Source of the DNA: Patescibacteria group bacterium
GTDB taxonomy: Bacteria; Patescibacteriota; Microgenomatia; UBA10105; UBA927
DNA length: 62,877 nt
Direction: 5' to 3'
NCBI GenBank assembly: GCA_041753515.1
Contig: JBGSUE010000032.1
Span: forward strand, 1-62,877
The translations under genes were made by a program, and so were the position numbers. How positions within the stretch are numbered: position 1 is the first letter of the stretch; every line of letters begins with the position of its first letter. The notes below the pieces were generated by a model that saw nothing but the letters and a program-made list of their open reading frames with translations, was not told the DNA's origin and did no database searches. Positions 9,896 to 19,542 of this stretch are shown one piece after another.

Positions 9896-11572
9896 ATGAT
9901 CACACCTGCCCAATTTCGGGATATTATCCTTAAATCCGGATTTGTATCTCCCCAAGATTTTGACGGTGCAGTTAAGGCTGCAGATGAGCTTGGAAAAGAC
10001 CTTACTGATGTGTTGGTGTCACGCGGTCTTGTCAGTGAAGATGCGCTTGGACAGATTATCGGTGACTTTTATCAGGTTCCGTTCATTAAACTGAGTTCGA
10101 AAGTGATTCCTCTTCATACTCTTGAGATTATTCCGGAAGAGGCAGCAACGACTTTCAGGGTTATACCTGTAGAAACTGACAACGCAACCGTATCAGTCGC
10201 AATGCAGGATCCGGCAGATTTGGAGGCGCGTGAGTTTATTAAAAGAAAAAGCGGAAAAAAGCTGAGGATTCTGTATGCCTCACCAAGCGAAATTTCCTCT
10301 GCGATCGGTCAATACAAAAAAAATATTAAAGACATATTTACACAGATCATTGATGAGAATATCCAGAAATCCACTGAAAATACTGTAAGTGATCGGGAGC
10401 TTGGATCTGATCTACCTGTCATAAAAATTCTTGATACTATTCTTGAATACGCTCAGGCAGAACGTGCAAGCGATATTCATATTGAGGCTTCGGGAGATGC
10501 GTTTCTCGTCAGATTCCGGATAGACGGAGTACTTCATGACATATTAACACTGCCGAAAAATTTGCATCCTTCCATTGTTGCACGCATCAAAATTCTGTCA
10601 CAGCTGAAAATTGATGAACACAGAATTCCGCAGGATGGAAGGTTTAAATTCAAGATTAACGAATCGGATATAGCACTTCGTGTATCCATATTGCCGTCGT
10701 TTTTTGGTGAAAATATCGTTCTTAGGATCCTTTCAGAATCAGCCAGACCACTGTCGTTTGAAGAATTGGGGATAACCGGACATAATCTAGAGATAGTCAA
10801 GGCTAATATTAAAAAACCGCACGGGATGATTCTTGTGACAGGACCAACAGGATCGGGAAAAACTACCACACTGTACAGCGTGCTCAATATTCTCATATCA
10901 ACAGAGGTGAAAATTTGTACGCTTGAGGATCCGGTTGAATATGGCATAAAGCGCGTGAACCAGACACAAGTGAATCCGAAAGCAGGATTAACGTTTGCAG
11001 CAGGTTTAAGATCCTTACTGCGGCATGATCCTGATATTATCATGGTTGGAGAAATCAGGGATGAGGAGACTGCTGAAATGGCTATCCATTCTGCGCTTAC
11101 CGGTCATCTTGTGTTATCGACTCTTCATACCAATGATGCGGCAAGTACCATGCCGCGGTTTTTGGATATGGGAGCAGAAGGTTTTCTTGTAGCTTCAACG
11201 ATCAATCTGGTTATTGCCCAACGCCTCGTACGGAAAATTTGTACGTCCTGTATCGAACCATATACCCTTACGGGAGAAACACTTCATTATGTACAATCGT
11301 TGTTGGGGGAAGAAGGAATAGCAAATACCTTTTACCATGGGCGTGGCTGCGGAGAATGTAATAATAAGGGGTACAAAGGGAGGGTCGGAATATTCGAGAT
11401 TCTTGAAATTAATGAAGAAATCAGACAAAGTATCATACGGCATGCATCGGCTGAGGAAATTACAAAAATTGGTCTCAAAAACGGTATGATACCGCTAGTG
11501 CGTGATGGGGTGAACAAGGCAAGCGGTGGAATTACAACCATTGAAGAAGTTCTTCGTGTCATCAGGGAGTAA
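9896..11572 (+). CDS. pilB: Type IV pilus assembly ATPase PilB (GspE family)
   Basis: T2SSE N-domain, Walker A GPTGSGKTTT, Asp box, Walker B IIMVGEIRD, His box, and tetracysteine CTSC...CGEC. Confidence 0.9.
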   Translation: MITPAQFRDIILKSGFVSPQDFDGAVKAADELGKDLTDVLVSRGLVSEDALGQIIGDFYQVPFIKLSSKVIPLHTLEIIPEEAATTFRVIPVETDNATVSVAMQDPADLEAREFIKRKSGKKLRILYASPSEISSAIGQYKKNIKDIFTQIIDENIQKSTENTVSDRELGSDLPVIKILDTILEYAQAERASDIHIEASGDAFLVRFRIDGVLHDILTLPKNLHPSIVARIKILSQLKIDEHRIPQDGRFKFKINESDIALRVSILPSFFGENIVLRILSESARPLSFEELGITGHNLEIVKANIKKPHGMILVTGPTGSGKTTTLYSVLNILISTEVKICTLEDPVEYGIKRVNQTQVNPKAGLTFAAGLRSLLRHDPDIIMVGEIRDEETAEMAIHSALTGHLVLSTLHTNDAASTMPRFLDMGAEGFLVASTINLVIAQRLVRKICTSCIEPYTLTGETLHYVQSLLGEEGIANTFYHGRGCGECNNKGYKGRVGIFEILEINEEIRQSIIRHASAEEITKIGLKNGMIPLVRDGVNKASGGITTIEEVLRVIRE

Positions 11573-11574
11573 CC

Positions 11575-12789
11575 ATGCCGACGTTTACCTATAAAGCAAT
11601 CAATAAGGATAAAAAAATAAAAAACGGACAGATGTCTGCAAAGACAAGCAATGAGGTGGCAAATGAACTTGGAAAAAGCGGTTATGCACCTATTTTCATC
11701 AAAGAAAAATCTGAACAACTGCTGATAAAAGGATCCATTCCGACAATTGAAAAAATTACGTTCTGCAGGTATCTCTCAATTATGCTTTCAACAGGCATGT
11801 CCCTGTCTGAAGGAATAGATGTCTTGCGCAGTGAAACGAAAAATCCGCTCATGAACAGAATTCTGTCTGATATGAGTTACAGTCTGGAACAGGGGCAGCA
11901 GCTGTCAACGATTTTCGAGCGGTATCCTGGAATATTCGAATCGTATTTTCTGACACTGACGCGTGCAGGTGAAGTGAGCGGAAAACTCGCGGAAGTATTT
12001 AAATATCTGGAAACGGAACTTCGTGCTGAATACAACCTGAATTCAAAAGTGAAAGGCGCCCTTTTGTATCCGGCAATCGTGTTTACGGCAATGATCGTTA
12101 TCGGTATTATGATGTTTTTCTTTGTCCTTCCCCAGATCGGACGGGTATTTTTGAATCTCAATCTTCCATTACCCGCCCCGACCAAATTTATGTTTTCATT
12201 CAGCATTCAGCTTCAGGGGTATATGGTCCCCATACTCATCGGTATGATTGTTTTTGTTATTGCATTTGCGTTTGCACTAAAGAAACGGTCTGTCAGGGAT
12301 GCGCTGTTTAGACTGATAAAACCGATTCCGGTGATCAATAACCTGATCAGGGAAATTGATCTGGCCCGATTTGCCAGAATTTTTTCAACGCTACTTCGAA
12401 GTGCTGTACCCATAACCGAAGCATTAGAAATCTCCCTCTCGTCCCTTTCGTTGCCTGAGTACAGATCGCTGGCAACAGTCATACCGGATACTATCAAACG
12501 GGGGAAGTCGCTTTCTTCGGCAATGAAGGACACACATGTTTTTCCGTCTCTTATGGTTCAGATGACCGTAGCCGGCGAAAAAACTGGCACACTTGATTCT
12601 ATCTTAGCCGATCTTGCATCGTTTTATGAACAGGAAGTTGAGGAGGCAGTGAAGAGCCTGACACAAATTATCGAACCGGTCCTTATGTTGATTGTTGGTA
12701 TTGCGGTTGGTGCCATGATCCTCTCCATTATCGCCCCGATATACTCCGTAGTGGGTAATTTTCAGCAAGCTGCAGGTGGTCCGAGATAA
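11575..12789 (+). CDS. pilC: Type IV pilus platform protein PilC (GspF family)
   Basis: 404 aa. Two GspF repeats, each with TM segments, and typical PilC length. Tightly follows pilB. Confidence 0.9.
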   Translation: MPTFTYKAINKDKKIKNGQMSAKTSNEVANELGKSGYAPIFIKEKSEQLLIKGSIPTIEKITFCRYLSIMLSTGMSLSEGIDVLRSETKNPLMNRILSDMSYSLEQGQQLSTIFERYPGIFESYFLTLTRAGEVSGKLAEVFKYLETELRAEYNLNSKVKGALLYPAIVFTAMIVIGIMMFFFVLPQIGRVFLNLNLPLPAPTKFMFSFSIQLQGYMVPILIGMIVFVIAFAFALKKRSVRDALFRLIKPIPVINNLIREIDLARFARIFSTLLRSAVPITEALEISLSSLSLPEYRSLATVIPDTIKRGKSLSSAMKDTHVFPSLMVQMTVAGEKTGTLDSILADLASFYEQEVEEAVKSLTQIIEPVLMLIVGIAVGAMILSIIAPIYSVVGNFQQAAGGPR

Positions 12790-12916
12790 ATGATACTTTT
12801 CGCTCCAGGATATGAATTTGAATTTTCAGAAATGATGAAATTAGGATTGCAGCAACTTTGAACTCATTATGCGTATGTGGCAATGATTCTGATATACTAC
12901 AATAGGATTATTGTTT

Positions 12917-14341
12917 ATGAAATCACTGCCCGATTTACTGCTTCCGAAAAAGAAATATTTTGGACTTTCTATTGAAAGAGCACGCATTACTGCCGTTGAG
13001 CTTGATACAGCCGGCAAGCCGATGCATTCGTATCACCAGTTGCTGCCTGATGATACATTTGAGGATGGAAATCTCAAGAAAAAGGAACAGTTTTTCGAGT
13101 CGGTCAGACACATATATATAAACGGCAAGTTTTCTACACCGTATGTATCCGTGTGTTTCCCTGAGGTGTTTGCGTTTACCCGCGGATGTGCGCTGTCCCG
13201 AACCGAAACTGATGAAATCAGCGATGCGATTACCTGGAGAATTAAAGATCTGTTTCCATTTCCGCAGAATGATATCTATTACGACTGGAAACTCCTGTCG
13301 TCCTCCGAAACGGACCATCAAACGATTGTCGTGGCAATCCAGAAGAAGCTTCTGGATGATTTGGTTGACGTACTGGTCCGGGTCGGTCTGAAGCCGTTGC
13401 GGTTTGAACCTGATGCCTCCGCCCTTGTCCGGCTTCTTCAGACTAAAAATATGCAAAAGGCACTCCTTGTGGAAGTAAACCCGAAAGGGGCATACATCAC
13501 TTTGGTGGACGGGGAAAAGGCAGTGTTTACAACTGTCATTAATAATACGAAGGATGATACTCCTGCGTCATATCTGTCAAATATTGATCAGACAATCCAG
13601 GAGATTACCGGATATTATTCATCAAAAGGCATTTTGGATGCGTCACAGACTCAAGTAGCAGTGACAGGTGACATGGCCTCAGTTGACTGGGTGAACCATT
13701 TAGGTACAATTCTTCATTATCCTACGACACTGCTACCTTCCCCTTTGAAAGACCAGAAATTTAACAAGGCTTTTGTCACTGCATATACTAAGATTGCCCC
13801 GCCCAGCGATTTTCATACAATCAATCTTCTTCCCACGGTGACGCAGCAATTCTATGACTTACAGAGTACTCTTCATCTGTATAGGACAATCATAGTCCGT
13901 ACCGGAATCATCTGTTGTATCGCAACATTTCTTTCTTTTCTATGCTATATAACCGTAACGGTTAAAAACCGCCAGACGGAGAATGAAGTGGCACGCGTCC
14001 GATCAGCTTCTCAACAGGAGATGAATGATACGCAATCACTCCTTTTATTAAATGCCCAGGCAAAGAATATCATACAGCTTGCCCCATTGAGAAAGACCCC
14101 CGCGCGTACCATAGAATCATTTTATTCCCTCTTGGATGAATCAGTTTCCATTTCAGCTTGGGAATATGATGATGCGAGACTATCGTATAAAATATCGGGT
14201 GTCGCAAAAACCAGGGATGCTCTTATAGCATTTAAGCAAAGACTGGAAGCATCTGATAATTTCGCAAATATTTCGCTTCCTTTGGATTCACTTGAATCAC
14301 CGGTAAACAGTATGTTTATGATGACGTTTCAGTTGCAATAG
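12917..14341 (+). CDS. pilM: PilM-PilN fusion protein (actin-like ATPase fold, TM helix, PilN-like periplasmic part)
   Basis: The N-terminus FGLSIERARITAVELD resembles PilM. An INLLP motif (the PilN N-terminal signature) precedes a single TM helix (IICCIATFLSFLCYITV). ATG 12917 is preferred over TTG 12911. Confidence 0.65.
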   Translation: MKSLPDLLLPKKKYFGLSIERARITAVELDTAGKPMHSYHQLLPDDTFEDGNLKKKEQFFESVRHIYINGKFSTPYVSVCFPEVFAFTRGCALSRTETDEISDAITWRIKDLFPFPQNDIYYDWKLLSSSETDHQTIVVAIQKKLLDDLVDVLVRVGLKPLRFEPDASALVRLLQTKNMQKALLVEVNPKGAYITLVDGEKAVFTTVINNTKDDTPASYLSNIDQTIQEITGYYSSKGILDASQTQVAVTGDMASVDWVNHLGTILHYPTTLLPSPLKDQKFNKAFVTAYTKIAPPSDFHTINLLPTVTQQFYDLQSTLHLYRTIIVRTGIICCIATFLSFLCYITVTVKNRQTENEVARVRSASQQEMNDTQSLLLLNAQAKNIIQLAPLRKTPARTIESFYSLLDESVSISAWEYDDARLSYKISGVAKTRDALIAFKQRLEASDNFANISLPLDSLESPVNSMFMMTFQLQ

Positions 14342-14343
14342 AT

Positions 14344-14895
14344 ATGTCGGTACAAACAAAGCAATCACAAAAGAACTCCAACCCACTATTCATCATGGGA
14401 AGTATCCTTTTCGGAATCGTGTGTATGAATATTCTCTTTATTATCCTTTTCAGGAATGCTGTAAATTCCTATCAGCTTATTCAGAGGGAGATGGAGGTAC
14501 TTAAATCAGATCGGGCGATTACTCAAGCATCAGATGAAATTTTCCGGGAATATACAAATCAGATTTCCATTATTTCTTCAGTATTTCCCAATGAGCAGAC
14601 ATTTCCGCAATTTTTGGCAATTTTCGAACAGAGTGTACAAAAGCACGTTTCTTCATACCAGTATAAATTTACACCGGTGACGATATCAGAAGGGGATAAA
14701 TTATTTTTATTATTTACTCTTTCTATTCAGTCGGATGTAGCATCACTCATCGCTTTTTTTGATGAGCTGGAGAAACTTCCGTATATGACGCACATTACGG
14801 CGATTACGGCAAAATCCCCAGTTGGATTTGCAGGGAACAGCGAATATAGTGTAGGCTTGAAATTATATGTCCAAAACCCATTCATCACCAACTAA
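14344..14895 (+). CDS. Hypothetical single-pass membrane protein, PilO-like by position
   Basis: 183 aa with an N-terminal TM helix then a coiled segment. It sits where pilO lies in pilMNO clusters. No motif-level support. Confidence 0.35.
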   Translation: MSVQTKQSQKNSNPLFIMGSILFGIVCMNILFIILFRNAVNSYQLIQREMEVLKSDRAITQASDEIFREYTNQISIISSVFPNEQTFPQFLAIFEQSVQKHVSSYQYKFTPVTISEGDKLFLLFTLSIQSDVASLIAFFDELEKLPYMTHITAITAKSPVGFAGNSEYSVGLKLYVQNPFITN

Positions 14896-15067
14896 AGAAA
14901 TAGTATTTGCAGTGGTAATGTTTTCAACCGCTCTGATTTTATGTACGGTAAATATCCTAGTGCTTTATCCAGGAATGAGGGATGTGTTTGTGGTGGAAGA
15001 TTCCGCGCAAAATATAGAGCCTATAGATGTTCAATCGGTGAATGAGGCAATGAGGATACTCCAGTGA
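14867..15067 (+). CDS. Small hypothetical membrane protein
   Basis: 66 aa with one TM helix (IVFAVVMFSTALILCTVNILVLY). Overlaps the upstream gene by 29 nt. Coding status is uncertain. Confidence 0.3.
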   Translation: MSKTHSSPTKEIVFAVVMFSTALILCTVNILVLYPGMRDVFVVEDSAQNIEPIDVQSVNEAMRILQ

Positions 15068-15072
15068 ATTAT

Positions 15073-15101
15073 TTGACAAGAGTATATGTGTTTGTTACGC
15101 T
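15073..15101 (+). promoter_or_regulatory. Putative pilin promoter TTGACA-17-TACGCT
   Basis: TTGACA at 15073-15078 and TACGCT at 15096-15101. A strong SD (AAGGGGGTG) precedes ATG 15130. Confidence 0.45.
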
Positions 15102-15129
15102 AATTTTACTGTCTGAAAGGGGGTGAAAC

Positions 15130-15564
15130 ATGCTTAATCGTTTTAAAAATTATAAAGGCTTCACGCTTATTGAACTTTTAGTCGTCATCGGTATCATCGG
15201 TATTTTAGCGGCTGTCGTATTGGTGGCCGTCAACCCGGCCCGGCAATTTGCGTCTGCCCGCGATACGCAAAGAAGAGCTGATTTATACGGAATTACGAAT
15301 GCTATTTATCAGTATGCAACGGAGAGTAACGGCAATCTGCCGACTGTGATCACAACATCTCCGACTCATATCGGTACTGCAGGCGGTTTAGTTGACTTGT
15401 CGTCAATACTGGCACCGACGTATATCGCGGCTATTCCAAAAGATCCGTCTACTGGAACAGATGCTGATACACAGTATACGATTCATCGTGACGTAAACGG
15501 ACGGGTTGTGGCAACCGCATCAAGCGAACTTAATCCGGGATCAGCCATTACCGTTATTCGGTAA
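15130..15564 (+). CDS. Type IV pilin (prepilin with N-terminal methylation motif)
   Basis: Leader MLNRFKNYKG followed by FTLIELLVVIGIIGILAAV, showing the G/F cleavage site and Glu5. Confidence 0.85.
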   Translation: MLNRFKNYKGFTLIELLVVIGIIGILAAVVLVAVNPARQFASARDTQRRADLYGITNAIYQYATESNGNLPTVITTSPTHIGTAGGLVDLSSILAPTYIAAIPKDPSTGTDADTQYTIHRDVNGRVVATASSELNPGSAITVIR

Positions 15565-15606
15565 CCGGATTTGTTTATTTGTACGTTAGTAACGTGCTTA
15601 CATAAA

Positions 15607-15637
15607 AAACAAACCCTCTTTCATGAGGGTTTGTTTT
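15607..15637 (+). terminator. Rho-independent terminator after the pilin gene
   Basis: Perfect 12-bp stem AAACAAACCCTC (15607-15618) / GAGGGTTTGTTT (15625-15636) with a 6-nt loop and a T-rich tail. Confidence 0.8.
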
Positions 15638-15662
15638 GGGGTAAAGTAGAGACAGTGCAAAT

Positions 15663-16424
15663 ATGAAACATATTAACCAGAAACAGGTACTTCCGATTGC
15701 AGTATTTTTCTTTGCTGTTATTGCCGTGAGCATTTTTATTATTATTCGGATAGGATCGGCGTATTCGAGAGGTCTTGAGGAATTTAGAGAATTACAGGTT
15801 GGAGATCCTGTAACCCATACGGTAAAAGAGGATATAAAAAGAATAATCATAAAAAAAAGCGATTCTGCCGGATGTTATGAATTGCGACCGGACGGGACAA
15901 TACGGACATATGCTGAGTGTGATGATGCGGTTCCTGAACCGGAATCGCTTGTGGATGCCGTACGTCTGACCGATGCAAAGTATGCTCTGGCTCTTTTTAA
16001 GAAAATTTCTGAAACTCCATTGGAAAATTTCCAGTCGGTAGTTGTCTGCAATACTTATTGGGTGACGGTGTATTTAGGATCATCAGTGAAAACAGTTTGT
16101 CTTGAATATTCAACTTCAGATGATATTGCCCAGTCGGTTGTTTCGGAAATCATTGATATAATAGAAAATGTCATTGAGGATATTCCGCAACCTTCATCTA
16201 CACCAGTACCTCCTTCCCCAACACCGCTTATTCAGGTTACGAATACCCCGTCGCCGTCTCCAACATGGGTACCCGGTACAACGCCGACCACGTCACCGTC
16301 GCCGTGGCCGACCAACGAACCGGATAAGCCCTTCACCTGCGATTTTTACGATACGGCAGGCGGCAGGAAACCCTACACCGTCTCCGGCGTCATCTGTTCA
16401 ACAACCCCCATGGTGGGACAGTGA
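15663..16424 (+). CDS. Hypothetical membrane-anchored protein with Pro/Thr/Ser-rich C-terminus
   Basis: N-terminal TM helix (LPIAVFFFAVIAVSIFIII) and a C-terminal low-complexity PSSTPVPPSPTP...TTSPSPWP region. No family recognised. Confidence 0.5.
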   Translation: MKHINQKQVLPIAVFFFAVIAVSIFIIIRIGSAYSRGLEEFRELQVGDPVTHTVKEDIKRIIIKKSDSAGCYELRPDGTIRTYAECDDAVPEPESLVDAVRLTDAKYALALFKKISETPLENFQSVVVCNTYWVTVYLGSSVKTVCLEYSTSDDIAQSVVSEIIDIIENVIEDIPQPSSTPVPPSPTPLIQVTNTPSPSPTWVPGTTPTTSPSPWPTNEPDKPFTCDFYDTAGGRKPYTVSGVICSTTPMVGQ

Positions 16425-16439
16425 ATTAGATATATATAT

Positions 16440-16874
16440 ATGGCATTATTAACTGACTTCGTTTCGATATATTTCATTTGGGCTGTTCTGCGGATTCTCT
16501 GGTATTATTTTACGAGCGGTGAATTTGGCATTGAAAAAATTTATCACAGTATTCTTCTTGGTGCAGTGGTATGCGTTTATACATATCTCGTTGGTACATA
16601 TATATTTCCGACGTATTTTATGGCTGTAGAATCTCTTATGGGAATCCGCGGTGCACCTATTCAGTTTCTAAAAATGTTTAATAATTTTTCACCTTTTATT
16701 GTTGATATGACGACAGATTTAGCCTTAAAATATTTCAAGCCACCATCTGACTATACCGGAAAATTCGAAGAACGGCTCATGTTGCGGTTACCCACATATG
16801 CGATGATCGCTATGCTGTATTTAATCATTATTTCGTTTATTATCATATTATTTATTCCAACAACGTATTATTAA
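16440..16874 (+). CDS. Hypothetical polytopic membrane protein
   Basis: 144 aa with about 4 hydrophobic helices. No family recognised. Confidence 0.45.
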   Translation: MALLTDFVSIYFIWAVLRILWYYFTSGEFGIEKIYHSILLGAVVCVYTYLVGTYIFPTYFMAVESLMGIRGAPIQFLKMFNNFSPFIVDMTTDLALKYFKPPSDYTGKFEERLMLRLPTYAMIAMLYLIIISFIIILFIPTTYY

Positions 16875-16915
16875 CAGTATTTGGATAATACCCCTTTGTG
16901 TGAAGTTGATATCAC

Positions 16916-17149
16916 CTGACTTTCTCAAATGAGTGTCCCAAAGCGATTTTTATACAAGTGTGTGGATAACTATACGAGTGCAAAGTTAACAGTGTCATCG
17001 CGAGGAGCGTAAGCGACGTGGCGATCCCAAGATGATTTGAGTACTATTGGATGGGATTGCTTCGCCGTGGGAACGGACTCGCAATGACACTCATTCAAAT
17101 CGTGCGTGTTAGTAATCTGAAAGAAATTTTCCGTTTTTGAGAAAGTCAG
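16916..17149. mobile_element. MITE-like element with 14-bp perfect terminal inverted repeats, enclosing a family-1 palindromic repeat
   Basis: CTGACTTTCTCAAA (16916-16929) is the exact reverse complement of TTTGAGAAAGTCAG (17136-17149). The adjacent TGAGTGTC (16930-16937) pairs with GACACTCA (17086-17093). No coding capacity. Confidence 0.5.
16994..17089. repeat. Palindromic intergenic repeat, family 1, copy A
   Basis: GTCATCGCGAGGAGCGTAAGCGACGTGGCGATCCC ... GGGATTGCTTCGCCGTGGGAACGGACTCGCAATGAC. The arms are related to copies at 29970, 31106 and 44842. Confidence 0.8.
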
Positions 17150-17158
17150 AATCTAAAA

Positions 17159-17911
17159 TCAGCTGATAAAGAGGATGTAATACAGGGCAGAAAGGATGAT
17201 TCTGTAGATTCCGAATGCGGTGAAAGTGTGTTTTTGGACGTAAGAGATGAAGAATCTGATGGCAAGAAGAGCGGTAATAAATGTCCCGATAAATCCAACG
17301 GCAAGGAGCATGAGTTCATTTTGAGAAAATGAAAAAGAAGATTTGAAAAGATCAAGGCCGGCTGCAGCAGCCATGGTGGGAATGGCCAGAAGAAAGGAAA
17401 ATTCGACCGCATCTTTTTTGGTCATACCCATGGCCATGCCACCCAGAATCGTTGCGGCAGAGCGCGATACACCCGGAATCATGGAAATACTCTGAAAAAG
17501 TCCGATACGGAACGCTTTGGATACTGTCATCTGTTGAGATGTCGAATTTTTTTGTCGAACGAACAGAAGACCGATACCACCTATAAACAGCGAGATAACA
17601 ACGACAAGCGCATTGCCAAGAAGATACGATTTGATGAATGAATAGAACATGAGACCAAGAATTGCGGTCGGAAGAAATGCGGTCAGAAGCTGTAACCAAA
17701 GAGATCTGTTGGAAATGATTTTTTTCCAATAGATCACGATTACTGCGAGTATTGCTCCGAGCTGGATGATGATCTCAAAACTTTTCGTAAATTCCGATTC
17801 CCCAATACCCATGAGACGGGAAACCAGAATCATATGCCCGGTCGATGAGACAGGTAAAAATTCCGTGACTCCTTCAACAACAGACAGGATGATTGCCTGG
17901 AGGATATTCAT
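17159..17911 (-). CDS. uppP: Undecaprenyl-diphosphate phosphatase UppP/BacA
   Basis: VEGVTEFLPVSSTGHM N-terminal signature, PGVSRSAATI motif, 8-TM profile. Confidence 0.9.
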   Translation of the reverse strand: MNILQAIILSVVEGVTEFLPVSSTGHMILVSRLMGIGESEFTKSFEIIIQLGAILAVIVIYWKKIISNRSLWLQLLTAFLPTAILGLMFYSFIKSYLLGNALVVVISLFIGGIGLLFVRQKNSTSQQMTVSKAFRIGLFQSISMIPGVSRSAATILGGMAMGMTKKDAVEFSFLLAIPTMAAAAGLDLFKSSFSFSQNELMLLAVGFIGTFITALLAIRFFISYVQKHTFTAFGIYRIILSALYYILFIS

Positions 17912-19071
17912 GTAATTGTTCTGTAATGTCGCTTGAGATAGAGATACACGCCAAGCATAATGATCGAAGATAAGATAAAAGGTATATCCTTGTTGAATGT
18001 CTCAAAGAGGTATCCGCCAAAAATCGGGCCCCCGATTCTGCCCAGACTTCCTGATGACATGAGAATGCCCAATATCACACCATAATCATATGGCGGAACA
18101 TTTTCAGTGGCAAGTGCCTGAATGACGGGGTTTGCAATGGCATTTCCAATCGGTATAAGCGTAATCGGTATGATAAGGAGTATCGGATGAGTGGAAAATA
18201 CGAGCAGAATAAGACCTGCCGACAGTATGAGCGGTGAGAATACAAAGAGCTTTTTTTCTCCGAATCGTTGTAGAATATACGGTAATACACGAAGCTGCAT
18301 AATGACGGAAATTATGCCGATATACGTAAAGAGTGTGCCGGTTTGCCGGGGCCCGAATCCGTACGAATATTCTGTCCACAGCGCGAAATTTCCCTGAAGT
18401 ATTGAGAATGCGAAATTGAGGGTGAAAAAAACAACGATGAACAGCCGGATGGAATAGGCATGAAGAATAGTATTGAGCTCCCTTATGGAGTACTTTTTTC
18501 TTTCATTCATGGATGCTTTTTTAACATCCACTGTTTCATCAAGGAATACCAAGGTAGAAATGACCGTTATGAATGAGACGCATGCTGCAAAATATGCCGG
18601 CGCCTGAAAACTCCATGCGGATAAAAATCCTCCGATTGCCGGACCGAAAATGAAACCCAGACCGAATGCGGCTCCGATAAAACCCATTGCCTTGGCGCGA
18701 TTATTTTTTGTGGTAATGTCTGAAATATATGCTTGGGCGATGGAAATATTCCCACCGGTTGCCCCGTCGATAATCCGTGATATGAAAAGCATCGGCAGGG
18801 TGGCGGATGTAGCCATAATCAGGTATCCAATGGTAGAACCTGCCTGGGAGAGAATGAGTAATTTTTTCCGTCCGTATCTGTCCGATAATCTTCCTAATAT
18901 TGGAGATGAGATCAATTGGAAGAGTGAGTAGGAAGCAGTGAGTAATCCGATAATAAATGGATTCGCTCCGTACTTTTCACCGATATAGGGAAGAAGAGGC
19001 AGGATGATGCCAAACCCCAATAGGTCCATGAACACGACCAGAAATATCGTGAGGAGCTGTTTGTTTTTCAT
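17908..19071 (-). CDS. MFS transporter (drug:H+ antiporter-like)
   Basis: 387 aa, about 12 TM helices, and the MFS loop motif GRLSDRYGRKK between TM2 and TM3. Confidence 0.8.
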   Translation of the reverse strand: MKNKQLLTIFLVVFMDLLGFGIILPLLPYIGEKYGANPFIIGLLTASYSLFQLISSPILGRLSDRYGRKKLLILSQAGSTIGYLIMATSATLPMLFISRIIDGATGGNISIAQAYISDITTKNNRAKAMGFIGAAFGLGFIFGPAIGGFLSAWSFQAPAYFAACVSFITVISTLVFLDETVDVKKASMNERKKYSIRELNTILHAYSIRLFIVVFFTLNFAFSILQGNFALWTEYSYGFGPRQTGTLFTYIGIISVIMQLRVLPYILQRFGEKKLFVFSPLILSAGLILLVFSTHPILLIIPITLIPIGNAIANPVIQALATENVPPYDYGVILGILMSSGSLGRIGGPIFGGYLFETFNKDIPFILSSIIMLGVYLYLKRHYRTIT

Positions 19072-19074
19072 TCC

Positions 19075-19521
19075 TTAACCAAGGGAGTCAGCCCATTTTT
19101 TAATGGTTTCCGTATGGGTGTTTTGGTCGTAGAAGAATCCATCGATTTTTAGTGATGGAACTGCCAATACGGCTCCGGCTGTTTTGACAAAATCTTCCAG
19201 AACGTCCGCGCTGCCGCAGAATTTGGCATACGATGAGTCGCCTAGGCTTAAAATTGAAAATTTTTTTCCGTCTAATTTGGAATTTTTGAAATTTTCACGC
19301 ATTTGATTGTAGTCTTCATGCGGTTGACCTTCGGCTCCTTCAAAATCCCAGGTCGGTGTACAGAGAACGGTCAAGTCTGCTGTGTTTACATCTCCCGGGC
19401 TGACATCTTTCGGGTTTTTCATAGTGACTGTATGTGATTTCCCCTTGAGTGTTTCCTCTACGATATGTGCCGCGGTTTCCGTCCCGCCTGAATACGTTGC
19501 ATATGCGATTAAAACATTCAT
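19075..19521 (-). CDS. Flavodoxin
   Basis: MNVLIAYATYSGGTE FMN phosphate-binding loop and short-chain flavodoxin length. SD AAGGAG precedes ATG 19521. Confidence 0.8.
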   Translation of the reverse strand: MNVLIAYATYSGGTETAAHIVEETLKGKSHTVTMKNPKDVSPGDVNTADLTVLCTPTWDFEGAEGQPHEDYNQMRENFKNSKLDGKKFSILSLGDSSYAKFCGSADVLEDFVKTAGAVLAVPSLKIDGFFYDQNTHTETIKKWADSLG

Positions 19522-19542
19522 ATATTTCTCCTTTCCCAATTA

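Noticed and set aside
16961-16969. Perfect DnaA-box 9-mer TGTGGATAA, a possible oriC signal.
   Set aside because: It is a single isolated box inside a MITE-like element. There is no cluster of boxes, no adjacent AT-rich unwinding element and no dnaA/dnaN nearby. One hit in about 126 kb of two-strand sequence is near chance expectation.
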